A stretch of DNA of 64,000 nt from Planctomycetota bacterium (GTDB taxonomy: Bacteria; Planctomycetota; MHYJ01; JACQXL01; JACRIJ01): positions 27,748-91,747 of the forward strand of contig JACRIJ010000111.1 in NCBI GenBank assembly GCA_016220095.1, written 5' to 3'. The position numbers and the translations under genes are program-made. Positions 10,900 to 18,497 of this stretch are shown here, piece by piece. Numbering within the stretch: the stretch's first letter is position 1; each line of letters begins with the position of its first letter. The notes below the pieces were generated by a model, which was given only the letters and a program-made list of their open reading frames with translations, did no database searches and had not been told where the DNA came from.

Positions 10900-11562
10900 A
10901 TGTATTGTCTCGGCATAGAAACGTCCAGCATCATCGGCAGTGTTGCGCTGTCTGAAGATAGCCGAATTATAGACGAAATATCCTTTGAAAAAGGCCTTAT
11001 ACACGGCAGAGAACTCATACCAAACATCAAAAAAATACTTTCCAGCCGCAATTTGCCCCCGGAAAAAATCGGATTGGTCTGCGTAAGCCAGGGGCCCGGC
11101 TCTTACACGGGCCTGCGGGTAGGAATGACTACAGCGAAAATTTTTTCATATTCGCTGAAAAAACCGCTGATTGCCGTTCCCTCGCTGGACGCGCTCGTAA
11201 TGAACGCGCCTCTTGATTACGATTATGCCTGCCCTGTCATGGACGCGTGCTGGGACCAGGTATATTCCTGCGCCTACAAAAAATCCAAAAACGGCTGGCA
11301 GAAAAACGGCGAATACTCCATTTTGCCCGCTCCGGAAACAGCCGATAATATTCATAAAGGCGCCTTTGTTTTCGGCGATGCCCTGAAGAGATTCAGGGAT
11401 GTTTTTGAAAAAAAAGGCCGCTTCATAATAGGAATTGACGACGCCATCTGGTATCCCAGGGCGCGCAATATCTGCCTGAAAGGTTTTGAATATTTCAAAA
11501 ACGGCAGGCATGATGATATTTTGAAAGTTGAACCTATGTATTTAAGGCCGGCTAAATTATGA
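10900..11562 (+). CDS. tsaB: tRNA threonylcarbamoyladenosine biosynthesis protein TsaB
   Basis: LGIETS, GPGSYTGLRVG, VPSLDAL, EPMYLR. Confidence 0.95.
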   Translation: MYCLGIETSSIIGSVALSEDSRIIDEISFEKGLIHGRELIPNIKKILSSRNLPPEKIGLVCVSQGPGSYTGLRVGMTTAKIFSYSLKKPLIAVPSLDALVMNAPLDYDYACPVMDACWDQVYSCAYKKSKNGWQKNGEYSILPAPETADNIHKGAFVFGDALKRFRDVFEKKGRFIIGIDDAIWYPRARNICLKGFEYFKNGRHDDILKVEPMYLRPAKL

Positions 11563-12677
11563 AAAAATACAGGGTCTGGGCGGAAGTCAGCCTGCAAAAA
11601 ACCGCTGAAAATATGCGGCGCATCAGGAATGTAATAGGCCCGAACGTGCGCATCTGCGTTGTGGTAAAGGCGGACGCATACGGACATGGCGCAGTGCCTA
11701 TCGCCAAAACCGTGCTTGAAAACGGCGCCTATATGGTCGCCGTGGGAGATTCCAATGAGGCCATAGAACTCCGCGAGGCGGGCATACTTTCCCCGGTAAT
11801 AATACTCGGCGCACTGATTGAAGAAGAGATCGGCTGGCTCGTCAGCTACGACATAATTCCCACCGTGCATTCACTGGAAATCGTCAAACGGCTTGACGAA
11901 GAGGCAAAACGGCAGAATAAGAAACACGCCGTGCATATCAAAGTGGATACCGGCATGAGCCGCCTGGGCGCGTCTCCGCAGAGGGCCGTGGAAATCGCAA
12001 AAATGATCAGCGCCTCGGAACATCTCGTGCTGGAAGGCATCTCAACGCACCTTTCATCAGGCGCATTGCAGGACCAGGAATTCAGCAATAAACAGATAGA
12101 AATTTTTTCAGGCGTAGTTGATGAAATACAGCGCCAGGGCATACAAATACCCTTCTGCCATGTAGCGAACAGCGCCGGAATATTCAAACTCCCTCATTCA
12201 TATTTCAACATGGTCAGGCCCGGCATCGCGGTTTACGGATTGTACCCCGACAAGAAAAAATCGGAAGAAACCGGGTTGGCGCCGGTGCTCGCGTTAAAAA
12301 CGCAGATCACTTTCCTCAAGGGAGTCCCCGAGGGAACGCCCGTAGGATATAACAGGACCTACACGGCGAAAAGAAACACATGGATAGCTACACTGCCTGT
12401 GGGTTATAATGACGGATATCCGCACCGGTTGTCAAATAACGCCGAGGTGCTCGTAAGAGGCCAGTTAGCGCCCGTAGTCGGCACTGTCACGATGGATTAC
12501 ACCACCGTAGATGTAGGCCATATAGAAGGCGTGGATGTCGGAGATGACGTCGTGTTGATAGGCCGCCAGGGAGACAACGAAATAAGCGTGATGCAGCTCG
12601 CCGAACGTGTCGGTACCATTCCGTATGAAATCACATGCCACCTCGGGAAACGCGTAAAACGCGTATACGTACAGTAG
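11559..12677 (+). CDS. alr: Alanine racemase
   Basis: VVKADAYGHG (PLP lysine), KVDTGMSRLG, VRPGI, GYNDG, GTIPYEI. Confidence 0.97.
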   Translation: MKKYRVWAEVSLQKTAENMRRIRNVIGPNVRICVVVKADAYGHGAVPIAKTVLENGAYMVAVGDSNEAIELREAGILSPVIILGALIEEEIGWLVSYDIIPTVHSLEIVKRLDEEAKRQNKKHAVHIKVDTGMSRLGASPQRAVEIAKMISASEHLVLEGISTHLSSGALQDQEFSNKQIEIFSGVVDEIQRQGIQIPFCHVANSAGIFKLPHSYFNMVRPGIAVYGLYPDKKKSEETGLAPVLALKTQITFLKGVPEGTPVGYNRTYTAKRNTWIATLPVGYNDGYPHRLSNNAEVLVRGQLAPVVGTVTMDYTTVDVGHIEGVDVGDDVVLIGRQGDNEISVMQLAERVGTIPYEITCHLGKRVKRVYVQ

Positions 12678-12729
12678 GGTCTAAGAGGCTGGAGTCTGAC
12701 GTAGCAAGTCGGGACTCCCGACTCAGGAC

Positions 12730-12775
12730 TTCGTCCCGTCCTTCATGCTTCATTTTTCATTCTCCCTTCTTCGTC
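12730..12775 (-). repeat. Repeat module family A, (NAATGAA)x3-GGACGGGACGAA; representative copy
   Basis: The exact 17-mer TTCGTCCCGTCCTTCAT occurs at 12730, 32671, 39018 and 43744; looser copies at 14556 and 17889; inverted copies at 15134, 28825 and 37535. Confidence 0.85.
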
Positions 12776-13314
12776 TACTCCCACGGGTCCAGTTCTTTCT
12801 GGCCTTTGCAGGTTTCTTCCTGGCCACAGTGTTCGTTGGTATAAACGTATTTTCCCATGCCGGACCTGATGACAATTTCAAGCGCCTGCCTAAGCGGCCC
12901 TGCAGGATGCCTATTTTCCAGGATATCAATATTAAGCGTTTTAGCCGCATTGTCAACCATATCGTTCAACATGGATTCAATGCCGGTCTGCGGCTTCAGG
13001 ATGTACCTGAACCAGGCAACTTTCTTCATCGCCGGCCATTTTGGAGGCCTGCTGTCAAACTTGATATTTCCTTTTACGGTTACAGGCTTGCCCGACACGC
13101 CATTATCGCAGTAGAAAAAGCTTCCGCATTTTTCGTACTTGTGAATTGACCTTTTCAAAATGCTTTTCAACGAATTCTTTATGCCCGGAAATGCCTCCTT
13201 GGCATCTGTTGCGGAAGCGCCGAATGACTGCATCGCTATGGCAACCATCCAGGAAATTTCATCAAGCATGCCTTCCGCTTTCATGCCTTCCACTTTAAGC
13301 TGGTAAACACCCAT
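12775..13314 (-). CDS. Hypothetical protein with probable internal duplication and two CG-x4-C motifs
   Basis: 179-aa ORF with AAAGGG upstream and a promoter-like region; CGSFFYC and CGQEETC. Confidence 0.6.
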   Translation of the reverse strand: MGVYQLKVEGMKAEGMLDEISWMVAIAMQSFGASATDAKEAFPGIKNSLKSILKRSIHKYEKCGSFFYCDNGVSGKPVTVKGNIKFDSRPPKWPAMKKVAWFRYILKPQTGIESMLNDMVDNAAKTLNIDILENRHPAGPLRQALEIVIRSGMGKYVYTNEHCGQEETCKGQKELDPWE

Positions 13315-13531
13315 ATTCGTACCCTTTCAAATCTTTAACCCTGTTCCCTTGGGCGTATATAATACCAAAAAAACGCCCGAAAGTCAATATGCAATAAAAA
13401 TTTATGTAAAAAAAATTTTTAATATATTTTAAAATATCGCTTGACTTTTGACGCCGGTATTTATATAATCACTGCAGTGGGTATTCGGAAAAATCAACAT
13501 CGTTGAAAGGGATTTTTGTCGAGGTATATAT

Positions 13532-14512
13532 ATGAAATCCGTTCTTTCGGAGTATTTTATGCAAGACGCAATTTTTACGGAATTCTATAAAGCAGTTCTT
13601 AACAGCCTTTACGACGGAGTATATTTTATAGACAACACCAGAAAAATCACTTACTGGAATAAGGGCGCGGAAAGGATTACCGGATATAACCCTACTGAAA
13701 TTATAGGCACTTCATGCGCGAATAACATACTAAAGCAGATAGATAAATCCGGTATCATGGTTTGTTCAAGAAGTCTCGACAAAAATGATTCCGGATTCTG
13801 CACGGGCCAATGCCCTATCGTCAAATCCATCCAAAACAGGGAACATACCGAAAGAGAATTGTTTTTCCACCATAAGAACGGCCATAAAGTGCCGGTTCTT
13901 CTGAGAACCGCCCCGATCACGGATGCCGCCGGAAATATAATGGGCGCAACGCAGATTTTCAGCGATACTTCGGAAAAAATTTCCGCCATCCAGAGGGCGG
14001 AAGAACTGCAGAAACTGGCATATATTGACCCGCTCACCGGCGCCGGCAACAGGCGTTATACGGAAATTATCCTTCACGAAAAACTGGAGGAATTTCACAG
14101 GTACGGAATGCCATTCGGCGTGCTGTTTATTGATATAGACCACTTTAAACAGATAAACGACAGTTACGGCCACCTGGTCGGAGATGAAATGCTGAAGATG
14201 ACGACAAAAACCATGCTGAGTAATATACGCACATTTGATTTTATCGGCAGATGGGGCGGCGAGGAATTCGTGGCAATTATCCTGAATTCCAATGAAGAAA
14301 TGCTCTATTCCATAGCCAACAGGTTCAGGATGCTGACTGAAAGAACCTGCCTTACCGTTGAAAAGAAAAGTGTAAATATAACAATTTCCGTGGGCGCAAC
14401 GATTGCTAAACAGGGAGATACGATAGAATCCCTCATTCAATGGGCCGATGCGCTCATGTACCAGAGCAAGGCGCTGGGACGTAATTGCGTCACCCTGAGG
14501 AATAAACCGTGA
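13532..14512 (+). CDS. PAS-GGDEF diguanylate cyclase
   Basis: PAS (ITYWNKGAERITGY) with Cys; DPLTG; RTFD I-site; GGEEF. Confidence 0.93.
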   Translation: MKSVLSEYFMQDAIFTEFYKAVLNSLYDGVYFIDNTRKITYWNKGAERITGYNPTEIIGTSCANNILKQIDKSGIMVCSRSLDKNDSGFCTGQCPIVKSIQNREHTERELFFHHKNGHKVPVLLRTAPITDAAGNIMGATQIFSDTSEKISAIQRAEELQKLAYIDPLTGAGNRRYTEIILHEKLEEFHRYGMPFGVLFIDIDHFKQINDSYGHLVGDEMLKMTTKTMLSNIRTFDFIGRWGGEEFVAIILNSNEEMLYSIANRFRMLTERTCLTVEKKSVNITISVGATIAKQGDTIESLIQWADALMYQSKALGRNCVTLRNKP

Positions 14513-14589
14513 GCAGTGGCCCGTTTAAATAGGAATCGTAATCCGGGTCCCGAATGACGTCCTTCCTCTTCATTTTTCATACTTCATTC

Positions 14590-15207
14590 TTAGACTCCGC
14601 ACACCAGCAGGAAGAATCCGGCCTTTTGCCACGCCTTCATCATAATATCGTATCCGATGGTTTTTCTGCCGTCATGCCATTCAATAACAGCACATCTGTA
14701 TTTTTCGCTGTAACCCGAAATGACAAAAAAGTGGAAAACGTCCTCACCTGCTATTGCGGGCATTTTATCCGCGGCGAGCGTATTTATTTCCAGCATGACT
14801 ATAACGGGCCGGCCGGCGTTAATATGGGCATTCAATGATTCAATCGCGCCCGCCTCCTGGCGCGCGTCAAATCCCGCCCTGCGCGCGGATAAAAGCAATT
14901 CTATGGACGGCGTACCCTTGCCTGATTTCCGGATAAATCCGTTTCTGATTTCTCCGGGAGAAGACGGTTTGCCAAGGAATGAATACATTGCCGAAAGCGC
15001 CTCCGCGGCGCAATCTCCTGACGTGTCCGATTGCGGCAGTGTTACGCCGTTAATTATATGGAAATCCGGGCCGGCGTTTTCGGGTAACGCCGCCAAATCC
15101 AATTGCAGAGAAGAACATCCAATAACGCTCAATACGAAAATGAAAAATGGAAAATGAAAAATGAATGTATTTACCCGGAATTTGTAAAGGATTTTTTTCC
15201 TGTGCAT
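14590..15207 (-). CDS. C39-like cysteine peptidase lipoprotein (PA2778-like)
   Basis: Lipobox VIGC; Q....DCAAEALSAM catalytic Cys; GRPVIVML; FHFFVISGY. Confidence 0.75.
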   Translation of the reverse strand: MHRKKILYKFRVNTFIFHFPFFIFVLSVIGCSSLQLDLAALPENAGPDFHIINGVTLPQSDTSGDCAAEALSAMYSFLGKPSSPGEIRNGFIRKSGKGTPSIELLLSARRAGFDARQEAGAIESLNAHINAGRPVIVMLEINTLAADKMPAIAGEDVFHFFVISGYSEKYRCAVIEWHDGRKTIGYDIMMKAWQKAGFFLLVCGV

Positions 15208-15244
15208 TGTTAATTTGAATAAGAAATTTCCATCAGGAAATTTC

Positions 15245-15637
15245 TTATGGCCAATCGTAACCTTCCACGATATTAAGGAATATGTATATCAAGAGCGCGA
15301 TGACTACCAGCGTATATCCCGTAGGATCCGTAGTGCCGCCTATCTGGAGCTGGTTGATGTTCTGTGAAATTACGGCTATATCCTCATCAGAAAGCTGTGA
15401 CATTACCTGTTCAATCTGCGCATCGGTGTAACCGAGTCCGGATAATTTCCCCTTTAACGCGTTTAAATTCGCGGCCATATCCGCATTTGCAACCGTATCT
15501 GATGCCGCGGGTTGCGGAATCTGCACGGGATTCTGTTGCGGCTGGTCCGCAAAAATTTGCATGGGATTAATCAGGCACGTACAGAAAACCGCGGTGATAA
15601 CAATGGTATTTTTGATGAAAAACCAGACCATTTTCAT
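15245..15637 (-). CDS. PA2779-like secreted protein with double-glycine motif and hydrophobic tail
   Basis: Signal peptide; LSDEDIAVISQNINQLQIGG followed by a hydrophobic segment; directly upstream of the C39 peptidase. Confidence 0.7.
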   Translation of the reverse strand: MKMVWFFIKNTIVITAVFCTCLINPMQIFADQPQQNPVQIPQPAASDTVANADMAANLNALKGKLSGLGYTDAQIEQVMSQLSDEDIAVISQNINQLQIGGTTDPTGYTLVVIALLIYIFLNIVEGYDWP

Positions 15638-15710
15638 ATCTCCTATTTAATTTCTTATTTATTGAATTATATGAAGAACGTGAGTTTTGTCAAGGAAAAA
15701 CATTTAACGC

Positions 15711-15748
15711 AGTAGCGAGTAGTGAGTAAGGAGTAGCGAGGGACGACG
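15711..15748 (+). repeat. Repeat module family B, (GTAGCGA)x3-4-GGGACG; representative copy
   Basis: Copies at 15711 (+) and 37609 (+); inverted at 17191, 22891, 23027 and 27767. Confidence 0.8.
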
Positions 15749-15873
15749 ATAAAAGGCGAAAGAAAAAGAGAAAATTTGAATTACAACCGCTTCCTCTTCC
15801 CGCAAATTTTACGGAGTAAAAATTTGTAAAAAATACTTGACAATTCCCTGAAATATGATATAATTCTACTGTT

Positions 15874-16209
15874 ATGGAACTATCAAACTACGTTAAGATA
15901 TTTAAAGCTTTATCAAACGAACAGCGGCTAAAGATTTTTCTCATGATTCATAAAGGCTGTTGTGAATCAAAGGATAAAGGAAGTTCGGAATTCCTGATAG
16001 AAGACAAAGGCTGTTGCCCTGTAGCAGGAGTTCTTGAGAAGGCCTTTACCAAGGTATGCGGATGCATGAAACTTTCAAAGTCAACGATCTCGCATCATTT
16101 TAAGGAACTCCAAAACGCGGGACTTATCACCTGCGAGCGGGACGGACAAATGTACCGTTGCAAGGTCAATGAAGAAGCGGCCGGTTTTATAAAAGATTTT
16201 CTGAAATAA
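15874..16209 (+). CDS. ArsR/SmtB-family regulator with Cys-rich insertion
   Basis: IFKALSNEQRLKI; LSKSTISHHFKELQNAGLI helix-turn-helix; GCC..GCC..CGC. Confidence 0.9.
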   Translation: MELSNYVKIFKALSNEQRLKIFLMIHKGCCESKDKGSSEFLIEDKGCCPVAGVLEKAFTKVCGCMKLSKSTISHHFKELQNAGLITCERDGQMYRCKVNEEAAGFIKDFLK

Positions 16210-16269
16210 TTTTTTTGTCTTAATTGTTCGATAGTATCAAAACAATAGAATGAAAGGAGGTGATAACGT

Positions 16270-16440
16270 ATGTTCAATTGTTGCGACAAGGACGGCAAGT
16301 CCATTTGCGAACAGCTTGATTGCAAGGTAAAAGAAACCCCGAAAGGCATTCAGGTTGAGATAACCGCAAAAGACCCTTCCAAGACGGAGTCGCTGAAGGC
16401 ATTGGCAAAGGCCCTTCATGACTTCTGCGGATGCGCGTAG
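16270..16440 (+). CDS. Small Cys-rich protein, 56 aa (not in the ORF track)
   Basis: Strong SD AAAGGAGGTG; MFNCCDKDGKSICEQLDCKVKETPKGIQVEITAKDPSKTESLKALAKALHDFCGCA*; followed by a terminator. Confidence 0.8.
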   Translation: MFNCCDKDGKSICEQLDCKVKETPKGIQVEITAKDPSKTESLKALAKALHDFCGCA

Positions 16441-16449
16441 GTACTACGA

Positions 16450-16482
16450 TGTCGGGAAGTGGGCCCGCTTCCCGATATTTTA
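16450..16482 (+). terminator. Intrinsic terminator
   Basis: TCGGGAAGTGG-GC-CCGCTTCCCGA hairpin followed by TATTTT. Confidence 0.65.
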
Positions 16483-16595
16483 ATCCTACATCATTTAACA
16501 GCCGCGTAATTAACAGGGACTGACGACGACTCTTGCCGACAGGGACTCTGAGAGACCTTGATGAGACACGAACGAAATGGAAAATCGAGAATGGA

Positions 16596-16687
16596 GCACC
16601 AAAAATCCCGCAATGCGGGATTTTTGGTGAGTGTGAGTATTGAGTACTTAGTAGTTAGGCGCCAATTTTGCGCAAGCGCAAAATTGG
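16596..16687 (-). terminator. Two hairpins downstream of the tmRNA
   Basis: CCAATTTTGCGC-AA-GCGCAAAATTGG (16662-16687) and CACCAAAAATCCCGC-AAT-GCGGGATTTTTGGTG. Confidence 0.55.
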
Positions 16688-17040
16688 TGGAGGCGGGGGG
16701 AATTGAACCCCCGTCCCGAGACACTTCAGCAGGAGCTTCTACGCTTGTAGCCGGTAATTTGCTCTCGCGCCCGGGCCCCCTTCCGGCAAGGTGCCAGTCC
16801 GCCAGCTTAACTTTGAGTTTCGCCCCTCAGGCGTTTAGCAAACCCTCAGGGCTATCCCGCAGTGATACGTCGCCATGCTCCCGCGGGAGGGGAACACGAC
16901 AACGTTACAGCTTAATTACGCTGCAAATGCATACGCATTGTCTGCGTTTATATTTTTGCCAGGTGTTTTACGGGGCCTCCTGACAACCCCGAAGCGCCGC
17001 TTTCTGCCTCAATCTGTCCGGTCGAATCCAGTTCGCCCCC
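16685..17040 (-). ncRNA. ssrA: tmRNA; tag peptide (A)ADNAYAFAA encoded at 16945-16916
   Basis: 5' GGGGGCGAACTGGATTCGAC; 3' GGGTTCAATTCCCCCCGCCTCCACCA with the G3-U alanyl identity pair; tag ORF after ATAAAC; next to smpB. Confidence 0.97.
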
Positions 17041-17114
17041 TCTTACAGCCGCTTACGAACGCAGTGAGTTAGCGGCTGTTAGATCCTGAGCATTGCGAAG
17101 GACTCACAATGCCT

Positions 17115-17143
17115 ATTATACCAATATATAATTGAATTGTCAA
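17115..17143 (-). promoter_or_regulatory. ssrA promoter
   Basis: Perfect TTGACA-17-TATAAT on the minus strand. Confidence 0.8.
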
Positions 17144-17231
17144 ATATGAATTAAAACCCTGCTTTGTGATTTCATTCTCGTTGTATCATCCGTCGTCCCT
17201 CTGTACTCGCTACCGGCTACTCGCTACTTCG

Positions 17232-17693
17232 TTAAATGTTCTTCCCTCTCATCGCCATTCTGATATGTTTATCAGATTCTTTCTTTTTCATATCCGCGCG
17301 CTTGTCGTAGAGTTTTTTGCCTCTCGCGACGGCAAATTCAATTTTCGCAAGGCCTTTTTTGAAATACAGCGCTAAAGGCACGAGTGTCTTGCCTTCCTCG
17401 GCGGTTTTGCCAAGCAGGCGGTGTATCTCGCTCTTGTGCAGGAGCACCTTGCGCGGCCTCTTGGGTTCGTGATTGGCAAAATTGCTCGCCTGCGCATACA
17501 AAGCAATCTCCATATTGTAAATAAACACCTCTCCATTGCTTACCCTGAGATAACCTTCGGTTATGCTGGCATTGCCGTCGCGGATGGATTTCACTTCGGT
17601 TCCGCGCAAGGACAGGCCGCCTTCGTATTTTTCAAGGATTTCGTAATTGGCAAAGGCCTTTTTGTTTTTAACAACGATTTTTATGGCATCCAT
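17232..17693 (-). CDS. smpB: SsrA-binding protein
   Basis: NKKAFANY, GTEVKSIR, NHEPKRPRKVLLHKSEI, GKKLYDKR. Confidence 0.98.
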   Translation of the reverse strand: MDAIKIVVKNKKAFANYEILEKYEGGLSLRGTEVKSIRDGNASITEGYLRVSNGEVFIYNMEIALYAQASNFANHEPKRPRKVLLHKSEIHRLLGKTAEEGKTLVPLALYFKKGLAKIEFAVARGKKLYDKRADMKKKESDKHIRMAMRGKNI

Positions 17694-17816
17694 ATTGGAT
17701 TTTAATTCCTAAAGCAATACAGAGAACGACGACGATTATAAACAGGAACTTGACGAGACTTTTAAGAGACACCTTACGAGGATGATAGTGTACAAGAATG
17801 ACAGGTGATAGTACGT

Positions 17817-17926
17817 CCGTGACCCGTTTTCCGTGGCCCGTAACCCGTTTACACGGGAACCGGGAAACGGGCAACGGGAACCGGACAATGTCCTTCATTC
17901 TTCATTTTTCATACTTCATGCTTCGT
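17817..17926. repeat. Composite repeat (family C hairpin of ACGGGAA units plus family A); inverted partner at 28825-28942
   Basis: CCGTGACCCG...CCCGTTT.ACACGGGAACCGGGAAACGGGCAACGGGAACCGG...GTCCTTC matches the reverse complement of 28825-28942; degenerate copies at about 14514 and 43650. Confidence 0.8.
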
Positions 17927-17928
17927 AA

Positions 17929-18447
17929 TCAACGCCGGACGTCGAGTTTTTGGCCGGGGCCGCTGTCAGAAGCCGAGCGTATTATATATTGCTCCTGCGA
18001 ATTGGGGTCAAAACCTTCCTTAAAATCTGAAAACATGATAGTGTAATTGCCGTTTGCATCCGTTTTAATCGGGCCTGCCACGGGGTCCGAAAAATCGGTA
18101 TCATCAACGGTATAAACATACAAATCCGATTCAGGCACGTTGACAATCTTAAAATTATCAATTTTCTCAAACGATTTATCGTCAGGCGCGGACTGTGGTT
18201 TTGTCAGGCCGGAACTCGTATAAAATACATTGCCGCTGACGAAAGCCATATCATCGCTGTCACTGGTTTCTGCTGGTTTCGGGGCCGGGGATGATTCCGG
18301 GGCCGAAGACGAAGCCTGAGAAGAGTTGCTTTCTCTTATTGCTGTTGAAGAAGCGCCGCCTCCTCCGCCGCAGGCGGGAAGAACAGCCAATCCTGTAAGC
18401 ACTGCGGCAACTAAAACAAGGCGTGCTATTAAATTATTTTGAAACAT
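17929..18447 (-). pseudogene. Truncated third paralog of the giant lipoproteins (N-terminal part only)
   Basis: GGAGG SD and MFQ start; lipobox LPAC-GGGGG; AFVSGNV..SSGLTKPQ..DFSDPVAGPIKTDANG; stops at QKLDVRR immediately before a repeat module. Confidence 0.7.
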
Positions 18448-18497
18448 GCTGAAAAAACCTCCATGATAAATGTAATTTAACAACCGCAAAGCGCGAT

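Noticed and set aside
12678-16684. Genomic island integrated at the ssrA 3' end
   Set aside because: No integrase and no convincing duplication of the ssrA 3' end was found
16685-16725. Possible tRNA gene
   Set aside because: This is the T-arm and acceptor end of the tmRNA; the matching 5' end and tag ORF are present
17668-18046. Short ORFs such as MKDIVRFPLPVSRFP (also 28727-29062, 37043-37261, 62008-62226)
   Set aside because: Translations of the intergenic repeat modules
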